Shown here in pieces: positions 1-11,535 of a stretch of DNA of 57,376 nucleotides. Where the stretch lies: contig JAHLWZ010000120.1 in the NCBI GenBank assembly GCA_020536535.1, positions 1 to 57,376 on the forward strand, written 5' to 3'. Numbering within the stretch: the stretch's first letter is position 1; every line of letters starts with the position of its first letter. The stretch comes from Pelomyxa schiedti (taxonomy: Eukaryota > Protista > Evosea). Under the pieces are notes generated by a model, which ran no database searches, was not told the origin of the DNA, and saw only the letters and a list, made by a program, of their open reading frames with translations. The position numbers and the translations under genes were made by a program.

Positions 1-626
1 AGGTGAAGCAATTTACTTTACTTTACTTATGGGGGCACAGTGGCTGTGTGTGTGTTTTCGTTGTTTGGACTCAATTGGCTTGCTTGTTGGTTGTGTGGTA
101 CAGCCAGTGCCTTTTTCATTACTAACTCAAGATTCTTAACGGATTGAAGAAAATCCCGTGGACAACAATGGTGATGAAAGTAGCGTTGTGCACAGCATTC
201 GCCATCATGATCCTGAGATAATGGCAACCGTCTCAGACGCTGTTGCTTACTTGGACACGTTGGCGTCTCAGGCTGAAGATGTGGGTTGGCTCACTAGCTT
301 TTCCTTTCTAATTCAGTGAAAGAGCAAAATGGAGTTGACCTCTGAAATTGGACGGGCCTTTGATGACCTGCAATCTTTTATGCAGATGAAGCTTGCCCGA
401 AATATTGCCAAATTGAAAGCCAAAGCACAGAAAAATCTGACCGTGTGACGAAATATTTCACTCATTGGTACCTTTCATGCTTATGCAAATCACAGAGTTC
501 ACTGGTGCAACTAAAGACACTCAACACGGCTAACTTCAAGGGAAAGCAAAGGGTATTCACAAACATTGTAGAATAATATTACAAATAATATATATTGTAC
601 GAATTCAGGTGTTATATATATAAAAG

Positions 627-1275
627 GTGTTAACACCTTTTCACTCTTCATTTGCTTGTTATCATGAAGCTCTTTTACCCACAACTGCGTGTTCACAATG
701 TGTTGGACAATGCTTTCAGTGCCCTTTCTTGTTACATTTTTGTTGTTCAGGGTGTGTAGTCAGAGACTTTTTTTTTCCCCCACTAAATCAACCAGGTACT
801 CACATTTTGGACCTCCCTATTTCCGTTTTGGGGCACATCATGCAGTATTTGCCTCCAACCTCTCTTATTGTGGCTCGTGCTGTGTGCTTTAAATTTTGGA
901 AATATGTTTGTGAAGGTTTTACACCCCCAACTCTTTTCTATCAATATTTACAAATTGATTCCATGAAAACAGTAACCAGAACAGACAAAATCACACTTTC
1001 CACTGATGTGCAAAGGGAGAAACATGATGGAGGTTTCAAAAAATACCTGGAATGGAAACTTGTTGGTGGAAACACCTTGGTTACTCCCACTGGTGACTTC
1101 CGGTTCAAAGTTACTTCATCTGAAAAGCATGTCTGCGTACAAATTTGTCTGGCTGAGAGCAAGCTCTTTGCACAACCCAAGTCTTTCAAAATAGTGGTCA
1201 CCACTGAAGTGAACAACAAAACAGAGGTTTTGGGTAAAGACACCCTTTATCTCACCACAGAAGAATTGTATGAAC
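627..1275 (+). CDS. F-box protein, partial (3' end runs into N gap; true start exon uncertain)
   Basis: ILDLPISVLGHIMQYLPPTSLIVARAVCFKFWKYV matches the F-box consensus (LP..vl..I..yL....l......VC..w). A probable acceptor ccag|gt at 795/796 precedes it. A beta-rich region follows until the gap. Confidence 0.7.
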
Positions 1276-1375
1276 NNNNNNNNNNNNNNNNNNNNNNNNN
1301 NNNNNNNNNNNNNNNNNNNNNNNNNNNNNNNNNNNNNNNNNNNNNNNNNNNNNNNNNNNNNNNNNNNNNNNNNNN
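1276..1375. other. assembly gap (100 N)
   Basis: Run of N. Confidence 1.
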
Positions 1376-2743
1376 CCACCAAGTGCCCCACGACCGAACC
1401 GCGTCCCACCAGCACCGCCAGTAAAGTTCTCACCAGAGTCACCACGGTGTGTCACACTCGATGTTGTGGCGTCGGCGCGGGACCAATTCGTCGCGTTCTG
1501 CTGCGGGACACTGGTGCCCAGGACCAGGGCGCGATCTCCGGCGAGCGTGCTCTCGTCACAGACACCTCTCGTCGCGGAGTTTGGCAGGTCATGGGTCGTG
1601 CGTCCCTACAGTGACACAGTGATCGCTCTGAAAGGAGCCGTCAAATGGGGCTCCGCGGACGACTTTTCGCACACGGTGCACGTGTGGCTGTGCTTGTCAC
1701 CCACCGTGGGCGTTGTGAGGTCTGTGAGGTTGGAGTCGTTTGTGAACTTCCGCGTCCCAGTTCTGGCTGGGTGCATACGGGACCAAGACACGGCAAGAAG
1801 AATACAGCCAGACGAAGTGGCAACTCTCAGCAACTTGCCGATTGGTGAGGAACGGCTGCTTCAGCTTAGACGTGGCACCCCTGCAGGAGTTTACATTGTG
1901 GATGAAAGGGACTCCATGGTGAGGAGCCTATCCCCTTGTGAGCTTTTTACCCCGCCAATTGTTTTTTGCAACAGCCGCTGGATCGTGCTACTTTTTTCCA
2001 CAATGATAGAGATGACACTGTGGAGGCTCTGCGACCTCGATCCAGATGGTGACTTTGGAGACGGCAAGCTGTTCACAGAGGATTGCCAGGTGAAGGTAAA
2101 AATGGATATCCCCGCCGTTCTTGACGCGGCACTCTGTGAGTCTGATCCCGATGTTCTGCTCATCGCAGTTCCTAAATCTACATCGGATTCAGTGACACTG
2201 CTGCACATTGACTTGAGGGAGAGCTTTCGCCAGAAGACCGTTGTTCACAAGACAGAGCCTATTACTGTCCCTTTGTCGCCAAGTGGACCCATAACCGTGT
2301 TTGGCGGCAACCCAGTCTGCGTGGTTTCACAGGGATCCACCTCACTGATTCACAACCTCCACAACACCATCACCAACGAAACGTGCACCATCGAAGGCAA
2401 ACTGCAACCATTGGAGGGCAATATCTTCTCTGTCTGCGATACCCCTATCCACGGTCCCACAACCACGTTCAAGATTTTCCACACTGCTGATCCCAAGACA
2501 CCCTTCCTCGTCATTCCTTGGGAGAGGAGGGTGCCTGGCACCGTTGATGGCCTAATGACCCTCGCACTGCAGCGGAACCGTGGCGTTTTTGTGTGGGAGT
2601 GCTCGGCACCACTGCAATGCCGCAACTCTTTGTCCGAGGGAACAGTGTCGACCGAGACAGTAGAGGCCAGGTATGCAATCACTCATGCTGAGACTGACAC
2701 ACTGCTGGCTTTCATTGACTATCACAGGAAGGGGGATTATTAG
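1376..2743 (+). CDS. lineage-specific 'RCG-SP motif' family protein, 5' end in gap
   Basis: Frame is open from 1376 (PPSAPRPNRVPP...VVASARDQFVAFCCGTLVPRTRARSPASVL...EFGRSWVV) to TAG 2743. It shares the N-terminal motif, the N-x-(R/K)-W-(I/L)-V motif and LHIDLRESF with the paralogs at 11536, 13942, 43832 and 45396. Confidence 0.75.
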   Translation, partial: PPSAPRPNRVPPAPPVKFSPESPRCVTLDVVASARDQFVAFCCGTLVPRTRARSPASVLSSQTPLVAEFGRSWVVRPYSDTVIALKGAVKWGSADDFSHTVHVWLCLSPTVGVVRSVRLESFVNFRVPVLAGCIRDQDTARRIQPDEVATLSNLPIGEERLLQLRRGTPAGVYIVDERDSMVRSLSPCELFTPPIVFCNSRWIVLLFSTMIEMTLWRLCDLDPDGDFGDGKLFTEDCQVKVKMDIPAVLDAALCESDPDVLLIAVPKSTSDSVTLLHIDLRESFRQKTVVHKTEPITVPLSPSGPITVFGGNPVCVVSQGSTSLIHNLHNTITNETCTIEGKLQPLEGNIFSVCDTPIHGPTTTFKIFHTADPKTPFLVIPWERRVPGTVDGLMTLALQRNRGVFVWECSAPLQCRNSLSEGTVSTETVEARYAITHAETDTLLAFIDYHRKGDY

Positions 2744-2949
2744 TAATAGAACCTCATTTGTTGTTCTCCCACCAGAGGCGCTGGGTGTCACACCCGCGAT
2801 TATTAGATCTTTCTACCAAAGATAAGACCGGTGCATGGACATGAGGTGTTCCCTGAGGTCTTTTTCTGTTTCCGAATCCCAACAAAAGAAAAAAAACAAA
2901 AAAAAAAACTGACGCTCGTCCGTTGGTGATGTCGTTGTGTTGTCTCAGA

Positions 2950-4945
2950 ATGAAAGGGGGCGCAGACTTGGCCAGATCCAGGGCCAAGAATGCTATGTCC
3001 GTGGACCTGTCTACTTTGTCGTGTGACTCTGTTTTTGGTGCGTAGAGTGGAAAAGGTTTTTTTTTTTTTTTTTTAGTTTTTTTGTTTTTGGCATGTCGTT
3101 TTATTCATTTCTGTCTTAGGTAACTACTTCTTTGAAACTGGGGAGGAGAAGACAGAGCTGTTTTCTATTAGCACTATAAATGCTAAATGCCTGAATCCTA
3201 TAACACAGTAAACTCTTTCTTTTTTTCTTCGAGGCATGCAAGATTTGACTTTTTCCCCCATAGTGAACTTGAGTATTTTATTGGACTTGGGCTCAATAGT
3301 AAGTATGATGGTGAAGGCCTTTCTTTGTATGGCAGGCCAACTATCAATGTATGCATTGTTTTAGGTGTGCACTGTTTAGGGTATTTGGGCAACTAAAAGT
3401 AAGTTTTCTCCCAGATGTATCTGGTTCAATGGAAATCAATATTGTCGAGGAGGCTTCAGCTCCAACCAAACTGGAAGTGGCAAAGCACTCTCTCATTTCC
3501 ATGCTTTCACACCTCAAACCAGAAGATCGGTAATCTCTTTTCAACTTTCATTCGGAGCTTCTGAGCTAACACAAGATTTGGCATCATCACCTTCAATGAG
3601 CAGGCCCAGGTGATTCAGGTGGACGAATTCCAAACTAACACAGAAACATAACTCATCCTTAGCCACTTAAACGCTGGTCCGAAATTGACCAGACAAGCCT
3701 AGAAACCTCGGTACTGTGGCAGTCTTCCAACAGTTACCTTAGTGCATTAAACAGATTAATGGACTGAACGCTGGTGGAGGAACAGATTTGTCTGTAGGAT
3801 ATCGAGTAGCTGGTGAGATGATGGATATCGCCCTCCAGGAAGACACTGGAAAATCAATTGGTACGAGCACCAAATAATACTGGTCTTTAATGCAACAAAT
3901 CAGAGGGCTCACTGCCCAGCGAATACCGGATCATATTCTTTACAGATATGCAACCGAATCAGGGTAGCCCTTCCACAACAAAGTATTTGTACTAAACAAC
4001 CGTCAGGAGAAACATCTCCTGCAGGCCTTTTTGGGATGGCAAAATCGTTCTCTGACAAAGGAATATTCTCCACTTTCCATGGTACTTCTACACTTCCATT
4101 TTGACTCCCATAAGCAAACAAGGTGTCGGACTTGACTTTGATGCCGCTCTCTCTGGGCACATCACCAGCAAAATAAGAGGTGCTTCATATGAGAGCATAA
4201 AGAGTGTTGCCTCTTTTCGTAAACGAATGGACAGAGACTTTGATTACAGTGTTACCCCACTCCTATTTGACATGTCCATATCTGTGGACCCATTTCAACG
4301 GGTTACAGCAATGTAACCTTGGGATTGAATTATGTTTTGCTAAGAAAATTAGATACGGCTCTGAGCAAGACAGTGTGAATCCGGCCTCTGGCTCACTCAT
4401 GAAACTCGGCACCGTTTTCCCAAGTGCTAAGGAGAAAGGAGGACTGACAATGGGAGGCATAGTATTACTACGGGTCGTGCCACATGCCACTGACCCCATC
4501 TTTTTGCGTTACACCTACAATGATAGGACCGGCGCAGCTCACAAGTGTGTTGTTTTAGCCCCCCTTTTTCTGGCTTAACTTTACCTGAAGCGAAGCTCTG
4601 GCTCTACAAGTGGCACCTGACATGGGAAGTGCTGACTCAACTGAATTCTTTTCGAACACAGGTATAAGGAAGGCTATTTTACTCTCCCGGTTTGTTACCT
4701 TGCTCAAGGTATGGGGTTTTTTACAGTAACAAACCAGAAAAATCTAAAAACCACAAAGACCTATGACCATAACAAATCAGCGGATAATATCGTTGCTGTT
4801 AAAGAGTTCGTTACCCATTTTCAGTATGAAATGGCAACCATAGGTATGTTATTTAATACTCCCCTTTTTTTTTTAATTGTGGGCAGGTGATCCAGCTTTG
4901 TCAAAAGACTTCGCCATTCTGCAACAAGTTGCAAATAATTCTTAA
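2950..4945 (+). CDS. von Willebrand factor A (vWA) domain protein, multi-exon
   Basis: Spliced exons give MKGGADLARSRAKN..., GRPTINVCIVL|DVSGSM (MIDAS DxSxS), TKLEVAKHSL, FGIITFN, GGGTDLS, RIIFFTDMQPN, GVGLDFD...KIRGASYESI...FRKRMDRDFDYSVTPL, ending GDPALSKDFAILQQVANNS* (TAA 4943-4945). Some internal exon boundaries are not resolved. Confidence 0.8.
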
Positions 4946-5065
4946 GTTGTACTTGTATGGCATTTACTTTTCCAAGAATAGTGGCTGCACTTTGTGTGTT
5001 TTTTGCAACTTGGGGTGAAAATTTTTTTTTTTTAATAATTTGGAGGTTTCTACAAACCCACAAAA

Positions 5066-5650
5066 TCAAAAGAGTAAAAACAAGGTGTAGAGTAGAGGAA
5101 TTTTTTCATGTGTGTTCGTCATCCTCAACCCATACTGCTTTGGGGGGAATCTCTGATCAACTTCTACAAGTTCCACATCTTCCTCAGCTTCAGCTTCTGG
5201 AACCACAACAGCTTCCTCCTGTACATCATGTTCCTCCATGCCACTACTTTCTTTGTACACAGCATAGAGAGCCTTGAGTCTAGAAACAGCTCCCTCCATT
5301 GTTGGCCTCTGGGTGTAAGGTTAGGTTTTAACTTGGCAGGGCAATTGGCCCGTACCTTCTCTGTTAGTACTAAATCTTTGTTCAATGTAGAACTGTTACA
5401 TGTTCCAGGAGGTTCGTCAGTTTCAAAAGAAAAGGGGAACCGCTTCCCGGATCCCAGGTCTGCCACCTTTTTAATTTCGTTAGCCAGCACTGCATTACAT
5501 GGCGTAAATACATTAACAGTGAAGTAGCCGTCAACAAGACAATTAGCAGGTTTCAGGTCTCTGTGTTTTAAGTTAGAAAACGAAAAAGAAATGATGACCA
5601 GACCTGTGCACAACTCTGGCGTGGTTATGGAGCCAGGAGACCCCTCGAGC
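5066..5650 (-). pseudogene. truncated TKL-type protein kinase fragment (subdomains VIa-VII joined to XI)
   Basis: Spliced: ARGVSWLHNHARVVHR|DLKPANCLVDGYFTVN|VADLGSGKR|STLNKDLVLTEK|RPTMEGAVSRLK. No N-lobe or subdomain VIII-X sequence found. Confidence 0.6.
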
Positions 5651-6053
5651 CTGGTGAAAAATTAGTACTTCTTATATAGTTATAGTCGGTAGTGGTGATG
5701 GCCTCCTCCCCGTCCCCCTTGGCGCCACGGCGGCCAGCACGGAGTCGCGGCGGGCCCATAATGCCGGCGCAGCAGGTGCAACCACCGGAGTGGTTTCCCT
5801 AGAAAGAGCAGCAGCGGCAACCGAGGGTGCCTTGCGTTATATCGAGGAACACTGATGACGGGAAAGTACTGGCGGGACTGTGTTGCTATGATTGGGTCAG
5901 TTCTTCTATTCCATCGCCTTTCGAGCCACGTTTTCCAGTTTTCGCTGATTGAAGGAAAAGTTCCCGGAAAGCCAGTCCCTCGCAATCAAAAAAAAAAATC
6001 CGCGCCTAAAACCACGATGTATGCCCTTGGCGCCTCCCAAGATACACCTCAAA

Positions 6054-7440
6054 ATGGGCGCCACAACAGCGATGATGCGTACACGCGAGGAGGAGGAGCG
6101 GCCGCCGGAGCCCCGTGAGGAGCGCATTGGGCGCGTACTGGCGACCTCGCGCCTTGTGTGGGACCACGTCGTCGTGCCCTTCGTCCTCGACCCGCACGGC
6201 GACTACTACGACGACCACTGCGAGCAGCGGTGCTGCCTGACCGAGTGCGAGTGCTCGTGGCTGCTGGGGCTCCGGGCTTCTTCCGCTACGCGAGGAGGCA
6301 CACGTCGCGGGTACTTCGTGCTCGAGTGCGCGGGGGCGGCGGGCAGCGCGAGGTGCATCGACTGGGTCCTGCGGTCGAAGGCGACGAGGAACAACACGAG
6401 GGAGTGCGTGACTGTGATCAAGGGCCTGTGTGCTGGTATGCCATTCCCTCAATGCTGCGTGGGTATGTGGTTGTTGTTTTTGCATTTGCTTTCGTTATGT
6501 TTTATGTTTTATGTTTTATGTTTGTTTTATGATGTTTGATTCACTTAAATTGCAGGGGGACATATTGGGATGGCGCAGGAGATTGTTGATGGTGGCAGTA
6601 GACCATGGCGTCGCTGTGCCTTGTTGAGGTGGCCCTGTGATGACCGACATGCTTGATGACTTGCGAGATACGAAGAACAATCAGAGCCTGCTGTATTGTG
6701 CGTGCAAGGGAGGACATCTTGAATCCGTGAAGTGGGTGATGTCAGGGAGTGTTGGTGGTGAGGTGGGAACTGAACCCTGGGAGCTTATTGATCCATTTCA
6801 AGTTGCACTGAATCGGGGACATGCTGATGTTGTGAAGTGGCTGGCGTATTCAACTGGTGCTGTGGGCACTTGCAAGGTAGCATCAATGGAACACCACAGA
6901 GAGGGGCACCTTCCCTTGGTCATTGTGGGATGGCCACACGGCCCCTGAATGGTGTGGGTGTTTGATTGGAAATTCAACAAGTGGTCATGAGAATGGTGTG
7001 GGGAACTGAGGAATTTCCAACAGAGGAGATACATGTCTACGCCTTTTTACAGAATGCAAGCATCGGCAAGTGGGTTCTTTCAAGTTTTCCCCTTGATCCA
7101 AGTGTCAGTCCATTGGTGACATCAGCTTCATGGAGTGGCTCGTTACTGAACGGAATCCCCCAACAATTCAATTCACAAATCCTGAGAAATATCTTCAGCT
7201 TCAGTTCACGATGCCATATAATAACAATATCCATGTATTATTGCCGCAACAACTTGTGGGGACCTCGAGTTATTGGAGTCTATGTTTTACACATTCATGA
7301 AAGAGATCACGTAAGACTGCAAAGGCTGACCACCCTGTTTGACTGCTCCTTGTTCAGACATGGTCACGAAGTTCGAGGATACTACCCATCTGGTGCGGGT
7401 AAAAAGCTAACGGGGGTATTAGATTTTCTAAAACTTTATT
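6054..7440 (+). pseudogene. chimeric, internally deleted ankyrin-like 'SRVVWD' family pseudogene
   Basis: The 5' part (LATSRLVWDHVVVP...LECAGAAGSARCIDW, intron, LLYCACKGGHLESVKWVM) is colinear with the 28954 gene, with a frameshift near 6645. From ~6900 it switches to fragments of the 47457/54831-type gene (GTFPWSLWDG, NASIGKW, SIGDISFMEWL, LQRLTTLFDCSLF) in shifting frames. Confidence 0.75.
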
Positions 7441-7448
7441 TTCCTTTT

Positions 7449-7571
7449 GCAACTGCGACGGAACGGAACGTCATTTTCGGATAAATTAGTACAAACAGTT
7501 TTCATCTCAACGCGCCCCAGGCCGCAACACCCGTGGTGTCTCCTCCGGTTTTTTAAATATCGCCACAGATG
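7449..7571 (+). promoter_or_regulatory. conserved RPS18 upstream/5'UTR block (copy B)
   Basis: Shares gcaactg...aacgtcattttcggataaatta...gccgcaacacccgtg...ccggtttt..aaatatcg with 41597-41723, whereas the adjacent intron middles diverge. Confidence 0.55.
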
Positions 7572-7892
7572 GTACCGTAGCTGTCATTACTTTTTGTCTT
7601 GCATTGATATCGCTTTGTTTTTGTCGTATCGTAGCGCCCTTGTTGCTCGTTTTTTTTTAAAAACGCGATGTCTTATTTTTGTTTTGTGGTGACCCCATTT
7701 TTTTGTTTTTGTTTTGTTCTGTTTTGTTTCGTGTTTGAAAAACCACACTCCATCCCTCTTTTGTACTTATTGAGTGGTTTTTGGTTTGCAGGGTTCACTC
7801 GTGATCGATCAGAAGTTCCAACACATCTTGCGTATGGTCAACACCAACATCTCAGGAACACACCGCGTTCCATACGCACTCGCCGCAATCAA
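7569..7892 (+). CDS. RPS18: 40S ribosomal protein S18 (uS13), 5' part only, truncated by gap
   Basis: ATG-only exon 1 (7569-7571), intron 7572-7791, exon 2 [33 protein letters not shown]. By eye, exon 2 is identical at the DNA level to 41914 onward. Confidence 0.92.
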
Positions 7893-7991
7893 NNNNNNNN
7901 NNNNNNNNNNNNNNNNNNNNNNNNNNNNNNNNNNNNNNNNNNNNNNNNNNNNNNNNNNNNNNNNNNNNNNNNNNNNNNNNNNNNNNNNNNN
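7893..7991. other. assembly gap (~100 N)
   Basis: Run of N. Confidence 1.
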
Positions 7992-8371
7992 NTTTTTCTT
8001 TCGATCCCAAGGAGGCCCCACATAAAGAATCAGCGGGATAAAGAAAAAAGAAACAGTGAGGGGGGCCGGACTTTTGGGGTCAAATAACTCCAATTTCTTG
8101 GTTTTTGACACAACAAGCGACAATTTCCATTTTTTTGCGGGCCCCCCAAGAAAACAAGGTGCACCACCATGTGTGAATGTTTTGGTGCCTCCACTGGCCT
8201 GTTCTTTATTGTTGGAAAGAGTGTGAAGTGGTGCGACGGACGCAACAACATCATCCACACCAGAGAAAAGCACCATCCACATTGGGCAATCTTCCAACGA
8301 ATTCTAGAAGCAGGTGACCAAAACCAAAAATTTTTTTTAAAGAGGAATTAACTACAGTGAGGGGGGTGGTT

Positions 8372-9190
8372 TTAACGCTTTCGGGGTCGTTTTGGCTGAG
8401 GTGCTGTGGCAGTCTCCTTGGGAATGCGTGACACTTGTGAAGCTGAAGGTCTGCATTTGCGTGGCTGAGGAACAGCTTGTGCTTGCTTTTCTTTGATAGA
8501 AGCCACCACTGTTTTGGTTGTTTCCATGTTTCCAGTTTTTGCCCCCATCTCACAGAAATAGACATTGAAGCAGCGATTCTATATATATATGATATATCAC
8601 GGCAGTATCAAATAACTACTATGTTCTTAAGCACTACTTCCAGCACAACTCCTCTTCACTGATTTCTCCAATGCCAATGACAACCTTGATCAGAACGCCA
8701 TTATTCACATTTTGGAGCATGTAGGAATGCCCCAAACATGGACCACTGTAATTGCAGACTTAATGCAGAACACTGAACAAGAAGACAGAAGTCCTGGCAG
8801 CCCACCCCCCACAGACAGTAACAAAGTACAAATTTCCACACCTCAACACTCCCGCCAGAATTAGCGCGTGTGGAAGTCCGCGGGGCACTGGGTTTACCAA
8901 CCCAGGCCAAAATCCAACAAACACCAGAAGACCCAACCAGCAAAATAGAGATTTCCAGACAAAGTACCAGGCACAACACCCACCAATCATAGCAGAAACC
9001 AATCACAGCAGACTCCACCCATAACAGACACCACTCAAAACCCAACCCCCCTTTATTCTGTTCCCAAGAAGAAAATTTAATATAAATGCCCAGTTGTGTG
9101 GGCTCACCCCCCCGGATTGTGCAACAAATCATCAGACAGAATGTGATTGAGGTAGTTTGTAGTAGACTTTAAATGTAAACAGACTCCCAT
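8372..9190 (-). CDS. hypothetical multi-exon protein (basic C-terminus ...QPKRPRKR*)
   Basis: Open segments METTKTVVASIKEKQAQAVPQPRK...QPKRPRKR* and a hydrophobic segment at 8760-9002. Exon structure not resolved. Confidence 0.3.
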
Positions 9191-9316
9191 CAGGATAATA
9201 TTGCACTATGTGGGTTCTCCTCAGAAAAAGGTGAGTTCAAATGAATGGACACGGTATGGAATGAGAGGCTTGAGGTTCTTTTTAGCGAGGATCGGTGTTG
9301 ATTATAAGAAACGGCA

Positions 9317-11405
9317 ATGGATCAGCGGCGTAGTAACGCCATCAGGCACATTCTTGACACATCACGTGTTGTGTGGGACAACGTGGTGGCCGCAGGATGG
9401 CTCGACGCCCGGCCCCTGCACTCCCGCGCCCCCACGCTCTTCCTGGGCGTGGAACTGTTCCGCGCGGCCGAGGCCATGTTCCCCCTCGTCGCCCTCGCCT
9501 GCTCCCGCGTCCTGCGTCGCGTCGCCGAGGGCAACGGCCCTCGCTCGCGGGCGCTGTGGGCCGCGGGAATGGCCGGCAGCGGGGCGTGCGTGGTCTCGCC
9601 CCATCGCCGCTGGGGCGGTGAGTCGCAGCACAGCGGCGACGCGGGGCGTCGGCGGCGGTGCACGATCAAGGAGGCGGGGTGGGACGCGGGCAACGTGGCT
9701 GCCGCTCGCTCCTTGTTTGGCGGCGGAGGCGAGTGTGGTATCGCGCTTCCCTTGGTCATTGTGGGATGGGCGCAGGGTCCCTGAATGGAGTGATGGAGCG
9801 GGTGCGGCGGCATTGAGGAATGATGTGCTGAGTATGTGAAGTCAGGGTGTGATGGATACGGGTGGAGACACTTGGAGGGTGCCAAGTGGCTGGCGTCTGC
9901 GTTGCGTCTTGGGGTTGACGACTCGTGGGTGTTCCATGCAGTCCTGAAAACGGCTTTCTGGAATGGGTGTATGGATGTTGTCAAGTGGCTGGAGAGTGAG
10001 TTTGACGTAGTGGAAAAACTGCCACGCACTAATCAGCTGAACCTGATTGATTTGTGTGCTCTGGTGAGGCACCCGAAAATCTGAAGTGGTGGGTTGAGAA
10101 CTTCCCTGGCCTCTCTTCAGTCAGTTTCCTGTTGACAAGGCTGGTTACGAATGAGCGTGGCACTACTGAACTGTGCCAATGGCTTAGAGATCAATTTCCA
10201 ACAGAGGTTATAAATACCTACTCCTTGGGCTACATACAGAATGCGAGTCTCGGGAAGTGGGCACTTTCGTATTGTCCCGTTTGGCCAAGGGAAGAAACCC
10301 TGAACCGAATGTGTAAATCCATTGGTGAGGTGAGCTTCGTGGAGTGGCTCATCACTGGATGGAACTTCACCCCAACAGCTGAGACCTTTTTTTCAGTGTG
10401 CTCCACACCCAGAGGTGGATGTGGTCTTCCACAGTGGCTCTCAGCAAGGGTGAAACTGAGCCCCTCTGACATTCAGGTCTCCCTCGAGTGTGCACTTCGT
10501 TCAAACAACACGGCAATTGCGGACTGGTTGGAGAGCACTTATAGTGTCATGAGAGCTGTGAATTCGTGTGCTGAGTCTCCTGGTGCCATGCTCCTTGAAA
10601 TATGCAAGGAGTTTGGTGATTGGTCGGACAACGTGGATGGACTTCTCTGGTTCCTTCAGCACCCGGAACATCCCGAGCAAATACCTGCAGGTACACGAGG
10701 GAATTTCAGTGGCCCTGCACTATTGTCACACAAACATGGCTTTGCACCTCCTCAAAGTGTTCCCCAAGCACGAACCACAACAGGGAGGCATATTCCTGGG
10801 GTCTATCTTGGAGGAATTTATGGGATTTGGTAATTTTGGACTGCAAAAGCTGGTCACCTTGTTTGACTGCTCCTTCTTCACCAGAGACATGGTCACAAAT
10901 GCCATGCTTGGCAATTCATTCTGCCCCAGATCAGGCAAAACGGTAAAGTGGTTCATCGTGCACTTCCACCTTGAAGACACCCACATCAAATTGAATCACC
11001 AGTCTTCTCTTCTGCCTTCTCCAGATGAAGAAAATCAACTGCATGGAGTGGCTCATTGATTCCTTTGGAATCACCCTTGACGAGGTGGGTTCTTCCCACC
11101 AACACTGCACTCTTTGACCTCAACAAACAAACCAACCAACAAACAAACAGGTCATTGATATGCTCCAGTTCTGGCTGCTACACATGGACACTTCTTATCA
11201 AGACGACTTTGACTTCACCCTGGAAACGTGGAAGATGATTCTGCACAAATTCCCAAGGATAGACGCCGATGTGATACGCAGCACCTCCTTGATGCTGGTC
11301 GCCGTGAATTCCCCTTCCGTCGCCGCGTTCACAATGCGCAAGTTCGGCATCACCATCGACGAAATTCGCCGTCAGGTGGAGATCACTGGTAATCATTCCA
11401 GTTAA
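9317..11405 (+). pseudogene. ankyrin-like 'SRVVWD' family pseudogene (B1)
   Basis: Colinear with the intact 47457-49736 gene along its whole length, including the single intron and last exon (LETWKMILHKFPRIDADVIR). It needs about five frameshifts (near 9740, 9830, 10060, 10690, 11000) to stay in register. Confidence 0.85.
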
Positions 11406-11535
11406 TTGATTATTATTACCACGCAACTGAGCTGAGGCTGTGGCTCAACATTACTGGAGAGTAGAAAGAGAACGCACCTTCACATCCCTATTTCTCTTCT
11501 CTTTTCACTTCAAGGGCATTGGAGCTTAGAATAAG

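Noticed and set aside
1-460. Possible exons at the window start
   Set aside because: No motif or consistent exon chain could be established.
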